From Camelus dromedarius (taxonomy: Eukaryota): a DNA stretch of 64,000 nucleotides. The DNA lies in NCBI RefSeq assembly GCF_036321535.1, contig NC_087437.1, positions 55,182,001 to 55,246,000 on the forward strand, in the 5' to 3' direction. This document shows positions 1-12,697 of this stretch, one piece after another; positions within the stretch are counted from its first letter, which is position 1; each line of letters begins with the position of its first letter. Both the position numbers and the translations under genes were made by a program. Below the pieces are notes generated by a model. That model was not told where the DNA came from. It saw only the letters and a program-made list of their open reading frames with translations, and did not search any database.

Positions 1-1082
1 TTAAGAAAAACAATAACCCAGTTTTCAGAAATTAGCTGAAACGGGGCTCCAGAGATGCTCTCTCTGAACGGCTTTTCTTTTCACCTCTGTATCCTTCCTT
101 CCCTGCCCCCCAGGCAATGGCAGGTTCCTGAGAGGATGCCCTGTTGTTGCTGAAGCCCTTTTTGACTGTATTCAAGTCTGTTCTTGTATTATTCCATCTG
201 GTTGCTCCCCAAACCACTTTCCTTTTTTACTCTCCTTGTAAATATTTACATAAGAAGGTTTTTTGAAGGATCCTATACTGGTGGAAGGGCGCAAAAAGAG
301 TCTTGATGTGTTTTATTCCTTTTACGAACAATTTGGTTAAATGGATTTCCTCCCAGCTCATTAAAAAAAATCCTTTCATTTTAATAACACCATCAGACAG
401 TAAATGGCATTAGAGGGAAAAATAAGTTTGCAATGTACAGCCTGGAGTGGCCATCGCTGTGTAGCTGTTAACGGTTGATACAGGAACTGGTGGCTGTAGT
501 CATTGCCTGGAATGCCGCGTGCTTTTGAAGTCCTCCTCTCCCTAGGTGGACAAGGATCCGTGCTGCTTTCTGGGTTGGCTGGGTGGGCAAGAGATCAGAT
601 GACCAAATCAGGAGATCAAGATGCAGTTCCCAAACTTCAGACACCAGCTCATCTTGCCACCCTCCCTAAAGCTTGGTCTTTGTTTGCTTTTTTTTTTTCT
701 TTTTCTCTCTGCCTGCCCTCCGGGGCAAGTTTATCCTTGCCCACGGCTTTTAACAAATGCTTCCCTACAGTTAAAATCAAACCTCTCTCTTTAGCTTTGA
801 CCTCACTTCTGAGCCCCAGTTCTGTACTTTTGGTGCTTCTAGACTTTACAGCAAGAACCATCGCTACCCCAACTCAACAGGACCAAAGGTAACCTCATCT
901 CCATCTGGGCCCGGTCCTCCTCTGGCTCCTGTGAATACATCCTCCCATCTCCACCCAGACTAGCAGTGTTCCTCAGACACTTAGTTCCCAAATGGTCACC
1001 TTTGACTCCTCCCTCCTTCTTCCCCAGATCGGATCTTCCCGTTACCAAGTGCTGTTGATTTTCGCACCTCATGGAGACTTAC

Positions 1083-1235
1083 CTGGGTTTATCTCTGTTC
1101 CTATCCTGGCTCTCAATTGCCCTAGGTTTCTTTATACTTTATAGATTTATTTATCCATATGTTCATCCATTCAACACAGAAATTGATTGGATATATCCTC
1201 TGTGCTAGATTTCCTAAATGCAGGTGCTGGGGAGA
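1083..1235 (-). other. Candidate 153-nt cassette exon (non-coding, partly L2-derived)
   Basis: Minus strand: CTGAC branch point (1264-1260), tract ctcttttttgtcttgtccacttcag, acceptor at 1236/1235, perfect donor CAG|GTAAGT at 1083/1082. Stops occur in all three frames. Motif evidence only. Confidence 0.25.
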
Positions 1236-1340
1236 CTGAAGTGGACAAGACAAAAAAGAGTCAGCACTTGCTCTCATGGGGGAAGATACATGTTAAACAA
1301 TTTTAATCATAATCAGTATATTTAGTGTGACCACAGGGGA
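1140..1340 (-). mobile_element. L2 LINE 3' fragment
   Basis: ttcatccattcaacac...tgtgctag...gtgctggggagactgaagtggacaagaca...tgctctcatgg resembles the reverse-complemented L2 3' end. Confidence 0.7.
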
Positions 1341-2362
1341 AAAACAAGGGAGGTCGTAGGTCTCTCTGTCCTCTGAATCTTTCAAGATCCTGCAACACAC
1401 TGGTGCCATGTTTACGTATCAGGTTGTGTCATATTCCTTCTCAAAGGCCATCAGTGCTCTTTGCCATCGCTCACTCATTTCATACCATTCATTCAGTCAT
1501 CATTTATATATTCTCTCCCTCACACTGTGCTGTGTATTGCTCAAACTCTTGCTGCTGTGGTTCCTTCTTCCTGTGTTACTTTCTTTTCCCCTCGCTTCAC
1601 CCAGCCATTCTTCACTTGGTTCATTAAATATGCTTTCATGAATGCAGGTATCAACGCTTCCAGGAAGACCTCTCCACTCGCCGCGGAAGCATACCATGCT
1701 CCCGGCTTCTCCCCTTTTCCTCATCCTGCTCCTTGGGCAGCTGTTCGGTCTTCAGGAAAGCATGACAGCACTGGACGTTGATTAATTCGGCTGTGAGCAC
1801 TTGGTTCTGTGACACTAGCTTTGATCTAAATTTGGTATTTGTAGAATGTCTTCCTTGAGTTAAAACCCCTGCTATCTCTAACACACAGCCTTAGTCACTT
1901 TTGCCTGGGGTTAAGCCTGCCTCCTGTAAGCTGCCGTCCGCAGAAACTACTGTTAGCCTGGGCTCCTTGGTAAGTACTGGACTGTCCCAGATCCAAAACA
2001 TGCAGAAGAGACAGTTTCCATACGACTCTTTCCTGTGTGACCTAGAACGAAAGGGCGTTATAAAGCCGGACAGCAGTATCTTCATGAGAAATACTACTGC
2101 TCTGTGTTCCTTCTTTCTATGTGTCCAACTTGCAGATGGGGAAGGACACAGTGAAAAGAGTAGTATCTTGTATGTGTTACAATGAATCAGAAGCCATCGG
2201 AGAGGTGTTAGAAGGCAGTTTTTATGAACCTGAATTTTAATGTTTGACCTCCTGGGTGCATGGCTGCAAGAAAAATTGGTTAGCTGATGCAATGTTTTGT
2301 CCAGTTAGTCTACTTTGTTTTGATTCCATTCTATTTAGTATCCCCTCACCCCACCCCTTTTC

Positions 2363-2391
<29 letters not shown>
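2363..2391. repeat. Poly(A) tract (29 nt)
   Basis: Uninterrupted A run with no recognisable retroposon body upstream. Confidence 0.95.
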
Positions 2392-2393
<2 letters not shown>

Positions 2394-3097
2394 TCAGGAT
2401 TCCTGAGAACACAGAGCATCTGCTGTGGAGACATTGTGAACACCAGAGCAGCCCGAGGCTGTTGAGTAACACCTGCCTGCAGCTGGACCAAAGATGGGAC
2501 TGGGTTCTGAGAAAGACTGCGCACTCTCCCTGTTGGAAAGACAGACATCATTTCGGGAAATATTCAATAAAAAGTTTTTGAGACACAGAGTCCCATTCAT
2601 GGTGGGAGGGACTGAAGGGAGCTGTTTTCCCTCTTAAGGCTTGGCTCAGTCTGGAAGCATGCTATTTAACGTAACCCAGACTGATTATTTTGTTGATCAT
2701 GTTTCAAAACCCCTGCCCTTTAAATGAGTTCCCAGAGTAAATTGAATGCAATTGTGGGAAGTTTAACTCAAAAGTAAAGTCTTTTTTTTTTTTTTTTTTG
2801 AGATTTGAGGGAGAGATTGACAGGAGAGGGTGAATGGAAACCTGCCCAAAGACCAAAAACAAAAAGGGGCTGGGGGTGCGGACGAATAGAGCAAAGAAAG
2901 AGGAGGATTCTGGGTCGGAAACTCTTGCTGAATGAGTCATCCCTCAGGGCAAATAAAACCTCACTCATCACCCTGTCTTCCTTCTCTGGAGCGAGAGAAG
3001 CAAACAGTGGGGCCCTGGAAAAACATCAGCGACTTCTTGTAGCATCTGTAGGTGGGGAAGGCTTCCAAGCCACAGAGAGGGCTGTGAACGCGCTTAC

Positions 3098-3163
3098 CGG
3101 GGCTCCAGTTTTTCTCAGCCAAATAGGAAGAACCTCCAAATTGACCTTGGAAAAACATACTCA
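3098..3163 (-). other. Candidate 66-nt exon in unique sequence
   Basis: Minus strand: acceptor tattttttttccttcag| at 3164/3163 and donor CCG|GTAAGC at 3098/3097. One open frame (SMFFQGQFGGSSYLAEKNWSP), which I do not recognise. Confidence 0.3.
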
Positions 3164-3179
3164 CTGAAGGAAAAAAAAT

Positions 3180-3600
3180 ATTCTAAGCTCCCCCTGTGTA
3201 TTTGTATTAAGAGATTTTTTTTTTTTTAAAGAAACAAATAGATTGCTTTCCAGTTTTCCATGAAAAGAGTTTGAATGCTCTCAGATTCTCAGTGGTGGAA
3301 TCCTTGAAGTGGGTTTTGAAAGGCTGCAGAGAGGACTTAGGCCTTGTCCCTTGTTAATGAATACAAGGTCATCACATAGGACAACCGTATTCATATTAAA
3401 AAAGCCGAAGAGGGAAGCATTCATGCCACTCCTTTCTGCAAAGATCGCAATTAGCATTTTTATGAAGAACATAAACTCTCTGTGTATCAAAGATGCACTT
3501 TTATGACTCTGAAACTGGCTCAAATACGCATCCCGCAAACGTTTGGCTCTTTCCCTTCCAGGAGGAAGCCAATTAAAACACAGTCTGTCTCCCTGCCAGC
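3180..3600. promoter_or_regulatory. Candidate enhancer (CDX/posterior-HOX plus TCF/LEF motif cluster)
   Basis: Repeat-free. TTTTATGA at 3458-3465 and 3499-3506, CATAAA at 3470-3475, ATCAAAG at 3486-3492, CAATTA twice. Confidence 0.35.
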
Positions 3601-4569
3601 CCCTACCCACCCCTCAGTGGGGTAACAACAATACTGAGATGGTAGCGTTGGCGCCCTCAAAAGTGGCTGTTCAGTTATTGGACACCTGGAAGGAAAGTAA
3701 TGATCCCTTGGCCACCATCACACACATACACACAAAAACAAAAACCCAGGGCTCATTTTACCGTCCCCTCGTCACTCCAGCTCTGAGTTGCTCAGTTCAG
3801 AAGGATGAACTTGCCACCAGTTGTGTCAGCTGTTTTCCCACCTCTAGGGCAGCAAGGCTCAAGGGAGAAGGGCAGTCGGCCGTGTCCTGGTGGCGCCCAC
3901 AGGCTTTTACGCAGGGTACTTTCCTCTAGAAAGCAGCCTGTGCCAGTGGGCTGCTGCCTGGAGCAGAGACTCGCAGTTGCGCGGTCCCTCTGTGGCCACC
4001 ATCTGACTGGGCCTTTTAACGTTCTTTCTTCAGGTATTTTCTGATGGGACCAGTGTGGGTTTCCTCTTCCAGGTGGGCGCTTTATCATGGAGTTGGGGCA
4101 GAAAGTAGAAGTAACAGTGTCTGGCTGCTTTGGGAGCCAAAGGTACCAGGCCAGGTTCTACCTCATTCAGTCGGTTCTGTTTGTCAGCCACATGGGTCTT
4201 GCTAAACTATTTAGCCTCCATATGCACAATAAACAACCTTGAACCAGAGTCAGAAAAAAGTATAAATAAACCCAATATCCCTTTCAATGAAAACGCAACG
4301 GAACACAGTGTAAGTAGGTGATGCTCAGGAAATGTTTCACGAATGAACTGGTGCCCCAAGGCGAGGGAGGGACGACCTTCTACCAAATGACTTTAGATAC
4401 TTTTTAATGGTATTTTCCTAGTGTCCCTCTGTCTAGTTCCCTCCATTTTCTGAAATGTGATCAAATTCATTCTGGTGATTGCTATACTAATTTTACCTCT
4501 GACAAGGAGTCTCCCGGATTTCAGACAAAGAGCTGGACTGACTTTATATGAAAACAGTTAAAGCTATGC

Positions 4570-5430
4570 TTGGAGGTGTGACAGGTTTGATGCTTTTGGC
4601 TGTAAACAGAGAATACCTGTCAAAGCCAATCCAAACAATTCAGATTTATTAATAAAACTTACAAAATAAGGTGTCCAGAGATTATCAGCTCTGGGGTTGG
4701 ATCAGCAGCTCATCAGTGTCAAAGGTTAAGACCAGTCTCCCTGGAATTTTCTTTTTCTTTCTTTCATGCTTTCAAGATGGCTGTTACAGTTCCAAGCATC
4801 GTGTCTTCATTGAATAATGTCTAAAGCACAACATAAGAGTTCTTTGAAAGACCTAAAAGACCTCTTGTTATACCTAATTCTCTGTAACAGGGCCATATGC
4901 AAAATATAAACGACTTTCCAGGATTGATTTATACCCACTGGATTTGTTTCCCAAGGCTGCCATAACAGAGTGACACCCGTAATGATACCTGGGTGGCTCA
5001 AACAACAGAAGTGCATTTTCTCATGATTTTGGAGGCTAGAAGTCCAAGATCAAAGTGTCATCAGGGTTGTTTTTTCCCAAGGCTTCTCTTCTTGGCTTGT
5101 AGATGACTTCTACCTGTGCATTATGTGATTATTTTTTTCTGTGTGTGTGTGTGTCTCAGTCCCCTTTTCTCACAAAGATACCAGTCATGATGAATTAGGG
5201 CTTACTCTAATGCACTGATCACTTCATTTAAACTTGATTACCTCTTTAAAGGCCCAATCTCCAATATAGTCACTTTATGAGGTAATGGGGATTCAATATA
5301 GTCTGAGTTCTTGGGGGGCATACAATTTCACCCATAATACCCATCATGATTGATCCTTTGGGATTTGGCATATTACTACTCAGGCAATGCTGGGGTTTGG
5401 TTAACAAGAAAGAGGGAAAAATGATTGTAA
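4570..5430 (-). mobile_element. Old MaLR LTR (MLT1J/K/L-like), split by a younger MLT1
   Basis: ggtttgatgcttttggctgtaaacagagaa...caagatggctgttacagttccaagcatc; resumes after 5344 (ggggtttggttaacaagaaagagggaaa). Confidence 0.55.
4939..5339 (-). mobile_element. MaLR solo LTR (MLT1B/C-like)
   Basis: ggctgccataaca...tggaggctagaagtccaagatcaaagtgtca...ggcccaatctcca...cccataata. 5-bp TSD cccac (4934-4938) / cccat (5340-5344). Confidence 0.85.
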
Positions 5431-5532
5431 CTGACATCCTCACTTATTTGCATTGTTATTTTTTCATGTAATGATTATTAAGATGCCTTTATTTCCCCCA
5501 AACAACCAATTTTAAACTGGTTTTAAACTCCT

Positions 5533-5692
5533 TTCTCCAGTCATCTGTCGATGGATATTTATGTTGCTTCCATGTCTTGGCTTTTGTAAATTGTGCTGCT
5601 GTGAACATTGGGGTGCATGTATCTTGTTGAATTAGAGCTTTTGTCTTTTAAGGACATACGCGTAAGAGTGGGATTGCTGGATCATATGGTAG
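5533..5692 (-). mobile_element. L1 fragment (3' end of ORF2)
   Basis: catctgtcgatgga...ttgcttccatgtcttggct...gagtgggattgctggatcatatggtag. Confidence 0.85.
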
Positions 5693-6619
5693 GAGAGGAT
5701 ATAATTTTGTGTTGTGATAAGGGAAATAAATGGATTTCTTTAACAAATGGCAGAATTTCTCTTAAGGAAGAAAATGTCTTTGTTTAGGAAAATTCTTGAC
5801 AAGCTGTTTTTTGGAAAAGTGATACTCAGAGGTCATGGGCTACCAGGAGTCAAGACAACAAATAAGAAGGTGAAACTTCTTTGAATGAGTGATGAACAGG
5901 AATTTGGGGATGTGGGGAGAAAAGTGGAGGAGTAAGAGGAAAAAGACAAGATGTTAGAAGGTAGCATATAGCTGAAGACCTTGGGAGAAAAGTGGACTGA
6001 GACACACTTTTGGTGACAATACACAGTTGTGGGAGAATCAAAGGCTTTCTAGAGCAAAGAAGCCTGGTGTTCAGTTTTAATGTATTTTTATTGGTGTCAT
6101 GTCATTTTCTCTGTAGCCACCTTCACTTGATCATTAATAAAACATACTAAGCACACATCTATCTCAAGAGCATAGAGTTTTAAAGAAGAGGCTGGGCTGC
6201 AACACATTGGATATGCCATGAGCAGAATTGGTAGATGACCACAGGTCGAACTGATTCAGTCAAACCAGGACTTTGAAACACAGGCATCTGTGAGCTTGAA
6301 TCACTTTCTGCTCCTACCTCCAGGCAAGAACAGAAATCTGGGGGAGACTTTCAATTTTTATAGAACACCGCAAAGGGCATGAGAGTAAGGATGTATTTAC
6401 TCAAGCTTATGCACACTTTAAGGGGCAGGGTGATCCCAGGTGTCACCTAGGTTACATATGAATTGTAACATCATTACTTTTTAGAAATAGTGGTTCAACC
6501 TTATCTGTACTATGCATGACTTTAAATGTTTCTACATTTATTATTCTTTATCTTCTAAATCTTTAGCTTTTATCACATATGATTACTGCAATATGAGAAA
6601 AACAGAATAAACTTAAAAA

Positions 6620-9600
6620 ATGTTATATATTTATTTAAAAATTTATTTTGAGATAATTTAAAATTGACATGCATTTGTAAAAAATACAGCAAGATCCCAT
6701 ATACCCTTTACCCAATTTCTATGGATAACATCTTGCAAAACTGTAGTATAATATTACAACCAGGCTTTTGACGTTTTTGAGTCAAGATACAGAACATTCC
6801 ATTCTCACAAGGATCCCTCTTGTTCCCCTTTTAGCCATACCCACTTCTCTCTTGCCCCCTCACCTCCTGACAGTCATTAATCTGCTCCCTATTTCTACAA
6901 TTTTGTAATTCTGAGGATGTTATATAAATGGAATTGTATCGTATGTAACTTTTGGGGGTTGTTTTTTTTCATTTAGTTTAATTTTCTGGAGACTCACCCA
7001 AGTTGCTGCCTGTATCTATAGTTTCCCCTTTCACTGCTCAGTAATATTCCATGGTATGGATGTACCAGTTTGTTTAAATATTTACCTATTGAAAGACATC
7101 AGGGTTGTTTCCAGTTATGAGATATCACAAATAAAGGTGCTTGTTATGAATTGAATTATATCTCCCCAGAATCCATATATTCATGTCCTAATGCCCAGTA
7201 CCTCAGAATATAACTGATCATTAGGCTAGGTCATGATCCAGTATGACTGGTGTTCTTGTAAAAAGGTAAATTTGGAGATAGGCATGCACACAGAGAGAAC
7301 ACCATGTGAAAATGAAGCTAGAGGTTATGGTGATGCTTCAACAAGTCGAGAAACACCAAGAATTGCCAGCAAACCACCAGAAGCTAGGAAGGAGTCATGG
7401 AACAGTCTCTCTCACAACCCTCAGAAGGAAGCAACCCTGTTGACACCTTGATCTTGGATTTCTGCCTCCCAAACAGTGAGACAATAAATTTTCATTGTTA
7501 AAGCCACCTAATTTGTGGTACTTTGTTATGGCAGCACTAGAAATGAATACAGTGCCATAAACATTTGTGTGTAAGGTTTTGAATGAATACAAGTCTACAT
7601 CTCTTTGGGATAAATGCCCGGGAGTGCGATTGCTGGTTTGTATGGTTAACTGCATGTTTAGTTTTGAAAGAAATAGACAAGCTGTTTCTAGAGTGGCTGT
7701 GGCATTTTACAGTCCACCGGCAACACATGAAGGAACCAGTTTCTCTGCAGCTTGCTTCACCAGCATTTGGTGTGGTCACTGCTTTTTATTTAAGCCATTC
7801 TGATAGGTGTGTGGTGATATCTCATTATGGTATTATTTGCATTTCTTGGCAAATGACGGTGGACATCTTTCATATGCTTTGTTGTTTGTTTTTACTGTTG
7901 AGTTGTGAGAGTTTTTATATACCATAGATAATAGTCCTTTGTGGTGTATGTGGTTTGTGAATATTTTTTCCCAGTCTGTAGCTTGTTCTATAATAGCCTA
8001 AATAGAGTCTTCCCTGGAGTAAGAGTTTAATTTTGAGGAAGTCTACTTTTTCATTTGTTTCCCATTATGCACCATGCTTTAAGTATCAATTATGAGAATT
8101 CTTGTCTAGCCCAAGATATCAAAGACTTTTTCCTATATTTTTAAAATAAAAGTTTTGTAGTTTTCTAGTTTACATTTAAGTCCATCATCCATTTGAGTTA
8201 ATTTCTATATAAGATGTGAGGATTATATTGAAGTTTATTTTATTTTGTTTGTAGGTGTCCAATTACTTCAGCATTCTATGTTGAAAAGTGTTTTTTCCTT
8301 CATCGAATTTTTTTTGCATCTTTGTCAAAAATCAGTTGGGCATATTTCTGTGAATCTAATTCTTGGTTCTCTATTTAATTCCTTTGATCTATGTGTCTAT
8401 TCCTCCATCAGTACCAAACTGAATTGATTACTGAAGGTATATACTAAGACTTAATATCAGGTAGCATGATTTATATCACTTTATTATTTGCTTCTTCTCT
8501 TTCAATCTTTACCTTTTATTAATATATTTAGCCCATTTACATTTACTATAATTATTGATATCCTAAGATTAAGATTGCTATTTTTATCTGTTTAGTCCAT
8601 TTTTTGTTTCTGTTTTTGCTTTTCCTGATCTCCTCTGGGTTAGTTGAAAGTTTCTTAGAATTTCATATGGGTTTTTCTAGAGCTTTTTTTGAATGTTTTC
8701 TGTTTGTATAGCTGTTTTAGTGGTTGCTCCAGGCTTTATATTATATATAGATAACTTATCACTGTTTACTGGTGGCATTTTACCAGGCTGAGTGACATAT
8801 ACAAACCTTACCTCCCTTTATAATTCTTAACCTTCCCCCACTTCAAATATAACTTTCTTAAATATTTTCTCTACATACCTTTAGATCCACATCACACAGT
8901 GTTATGATTTTTGTTTCAATTGTCAAAAACAATTTAGGAAACAAGAATAATATAGAAAAAAGAGGGAAAATCTATTTTTATTTAACTATAAACAAACAAA
9001 CAAACAAATAAGTAAAGAAATTCAAAAAATACATGCTTACCATGTACTTTCTTCCTTCCTGATATCCCAAGATTCCTTCTGTTATCATTTCTTTTCTGTT
9101 TAGAGAACTTCCATAGCCATTCTGTTATGGTAGGTTTTCTGATTTCAAATTTTCTTAATTTTCCTGTTTCTGAGAATGTCTTGATTCCTCTTTCACTTTT
9201 GAAAGATATTTTCACTGGACATTGGATTCTGGATTGACAGTTCTTTTCTTTAAGCAGTTGAAAAATGTTGTGCAACTTCCTCTGGCTTCTGTGATTTCCT
9301 CTGAGAAATCCACTGTAACTTGAATGGTATTTTTCATAGAGGATTGTTTTGTTTCTCTTTTGCTGCTTATATTTTTCCTTTGTCTTCAATTTTCATAGCT
9401 TTGACCATAATATGTCTTGTGAATGTCTTTGGGTTTTTCCCCTTTGGGTTTGCTCAGCTTCTTGAATCTGAAGGTTTATATGTGGTTTTTGTGTTTTTTC
9501 ATTTTCTTTGAAAAATCTGGGAAGTTTTTAGGCATTAATTCGTGAAGTATATTTTCACCTCATCCTTTTCCTCTTTTTCTTATAGAACTCCAATTACACG

Positions 9601-10260
9601 AATGTTAGAACTATTGTTATATTCCCACAGGGACTTGAGGCTTTGCTCATTTTTTCTAGGTCTATTTTTCTCTTTCATTTAGTTAGGTAATTTCTGCTGT
9701 AGTTAAAGTTCACTAATTAATCTGTCCCCTCCATTTTTCTATTGAATTCATCTATTGAGGTTTTCATTTCAGTTATTATATTTGTAAGTTATAACATTTT
9801 AATTTTTTTTTGTATTTTCTATTTCTTACCTAGACCTTCTACTTTTTGCTGGCCCTTTCTATTTTGCCATATGCTTGAACTGTGTTTATAATTGTTCACT
9901 GAGGCATTTTCATGATGGCTGCTTTACAATATTTGTCAGATAATTCTAACGTCACTGTCGTCTCAGGATTGGCATCTATTGATTTTCTTCTTTCATTCAA
10001 TTTGAGATCTTCTTGGTACTTGGCATAAATGTTTGTTTGTTTTTTAAAACTGAAACTTGGACACTTTGGTACTGTGTTATGAGAAACTGGATCTTACTCA
10101 AACATTCTGTTTTAGCTTTCTTTTTATGACTCCACTTAGGCAGGGGGAGGGGAGGATACTGTATTGTTACTGCCACGTGGAGTTCTGAACTTGGTCTCCA
10201 TTGACACACAGTGAATGGGCTCCTCGTTACTGATGGGTAGAATTGGGAGTTCCAGTTTTC
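6620..10260 (-). mobile_element. Old L1 (L1MC/L1MD-like), internally deleted: 3'UTR and ORF2 tail joined to the inter-ORF/ORF1/5' region
   Basis: 3' end ttttgagataattt...gatcccatatacccttta. ORF 8982..9389(-) reads NIFQLLKEKNCQSRIQCPVKISFKSERGIKTFSE, similar to the L1 ORF1p C-terminal domain. Confidence 0.85.
7142..7551 (+). mobile_element. MaLR solo LTR (MLT1B/C-like) nested in L1
   Basis: TG...CA termini (tgttatgaattgaatt...gcagcactagaaatgaataca). TSD gtgct (7137-7141) / gtgcc (7552-7556). The L1 reads through once the LTR is removed. Confidence 0.9.
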
Positions 10261-11469
10261 TTTTCTTTTCCTTCTTGTTTCTCTCTCTTTCTAATTTCTT
10301 TGAATTTGGGAATAAGGTGCAAAACCTAACAACTTCTGTGTGTATGTCCTAAAAATAAAAATATTCTTTTACATAACCATGGTATATTATCAGTGTCAAG
10401 AAATTCACATTGATACAATATTATTTAATCTTACAGTTACCAATTGTACCATTTCCATTATTTGCAGCTCAAGAAAAAAATAACTCAGACATTTTATAGA
10501 TGAGTGTGTTCTCTCATGTTGGATCCTGTATTTACTGTATTATTTTACTGGGTAATCAGTCCTCTGATTCACTTTCTCTTTTATTCTTTTTCTCCATCAA
10601 ACTCACCCTGATTCTTGATCTTTGAAGGTGGTTTATAGTAAACCAACCTAGAATCTCTTTACCTGTATCTTACTGGATCTAGACCTATACAAGTCTTTGT
10701 TAGAACAGGAAAATAGAATCAATGTAAGCAATGCAGGAAAATGCTTTATATAAAATATAAGTGTACACAATATTGAATTACATAGAGAATGTATGGAGTA
10801 TTGGATTCTACATAGATTATAGAATAATATTTTAATATAGGGATTAGGGATTTTCTGGGAAAGGGAAGGTTGGCAAGGGTATAGTTAAAACATCAGCGAA
10901 ACAGCCCGAAACCCTATAGTGAGTAGTTACAAAAATTTCACCAGGAAACGGATACAACTCTTGAGTCTCAGGGAAAGCTCCTGAACAACTATCTTGATTG
11001 CCTATGTGGCCTGACTTTGGCCACCTGTGTGGCCACCTTGACCTCCTAAACCACTCCTGCCTTCCAAAATCTCATGTGAGTTTGTCTCATTGGCAAACTC
11101 TAGAATTATATAGCAAACGGGATTCTGAGAAATGTAGTTAACTTGGGTCTGGTTTATCTAAATCTCCCAGATGAGTGAATAGTGCCCCATAATAGAAGAA
11201 TAATGGATGAGAAAACATCCAACTGGCCCAGACAACTATCTTCCTGGAAAATCACTCAAAACAGTTAGAAATACATTACTAAATTTTGCCACTGAACCCA
11301 TGCTAGAGATAATTTGATATCCCTTTTTCACCAGAATGTTGAATTTGTTTTTGTTATTCTGACTTTATCCAAGTGATTCACCTTAAATTACTATCTAAAC
11401 TAGGCACCTATAGTATTTTCTAATCTACACTCTTCATTTCTTTGTTTCTTCTCCCATTCCAACCAATTG

Positions 11470-12040
11470 GTTTTAGTTGGGACTACCATGATGTTAGCTG
11501 GGACTACCTGATCCCATTCTTGGCCACAGTTTATTGGTCCATGGATAGCATATTACTCAGATTGAGGCAGTCAGGGTGTTTTCTTATGTGGAAATGATTT
11601 ATTGGTCTGAGTGTGAGTCCCCGATCAGACTAGGCAATCAGAATTATTTCTAGAATTTCTTGAAGTGTAATTGAGAAAGAGAGTAAGTCTTTGTCTTCTG
11701 GTGGAAAAATTCAAGACATCTTGGCAGCTCTGTTTCCTGTTCCAAACAAACCAGTTTGCAGTGAGAGGAAAGGAAAGTGACACATAGAAAATAAACAGCA
11801 AAAAAGAAAAAGACATGAAAAAGAGAGGAGTGTGGCCATGTTCAGGTTCCTGATTCTAGTTGTCCCAAAGTCCAGCTTCATCTCTCCTCTTCTCGTGGTT
11901 TGCTTACTCAAATCTTGCTTTATTTATATGAACCAATTACCATTCTCCTCCCACTTCCTTCTCTCTCTCTCTCTCTTTTTTTTTTTTTTTTTTACTAAAT
12001 TAGTTCAAACCAGATTTCTGTCACTTGGAAACCCATATTA
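11470..12040 (+). mobile_element. ERVL-class LTR (LTR33-like)
   Basis: 3' end ctaaattagttcaaaccagatttctgtcacttggaaac, and internal ttggccacagt...attggtcca. Confidence 0.55.
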
Positions 12041-12697
12041 TCATAACCTTGGAATAAGTGCAATACAACTCACATTTGTGAAGCTTCCTGAAACACTTGA
12101 ACGTGGTCATTTGGAAAGTGGTCATTTGTCCTGCTCACAAATATCACCTCTACATTTTCTGAAGGGTTCTGTCAACAATCAAAGTTGATGCTTCAGGTTT
12201 GAATGCTGTTGGTCTATGATGTGGACACTATATATGTACTTTTATATACGTTATTTAAATCTCTTAACAAGCAAAGAGGTAAGTATTTTTGTTTGTATGT
12301 TAAAGATGAGAGAAAAAAAGAAAACTTTAGAGAAGTTAAGTGATGTCTCACAGGACATCCAAAAAGTGTGATCAGCTTTCACATAAAGCACTTTTGTGTA
12401 AACTGGAGAAAGGTATCCACTATTGAGCACAGCACTGAACCTTGATTCACACTTGGTGAGAAAAGCATGGATTAGATTTTACATGTCACTTGTTCTTATT
12501 AGATGGTTGTCTTTGTGGATTGTAAAACCTTGGCAATCATTACACGATACCTGGCAGAGTTTATGTCTTAGAGTGGATTTGAACTTTTGACTCTAAGTTC
12601 AGTTATTTCTTTTTACATTCAGCCATGCTGCATCTGTTTTTCATTTCCACAAATGGCTTAATATTACGATACATCTAGAGCAAATGAAAACTACAGC

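Noticed and set aside
503..892. 129-aa ORF with a possible exon at 771-888
   Set aside because: Non-ATG start, runs through a T tract, no recognisable homology, and a weak donor (GTAACC)
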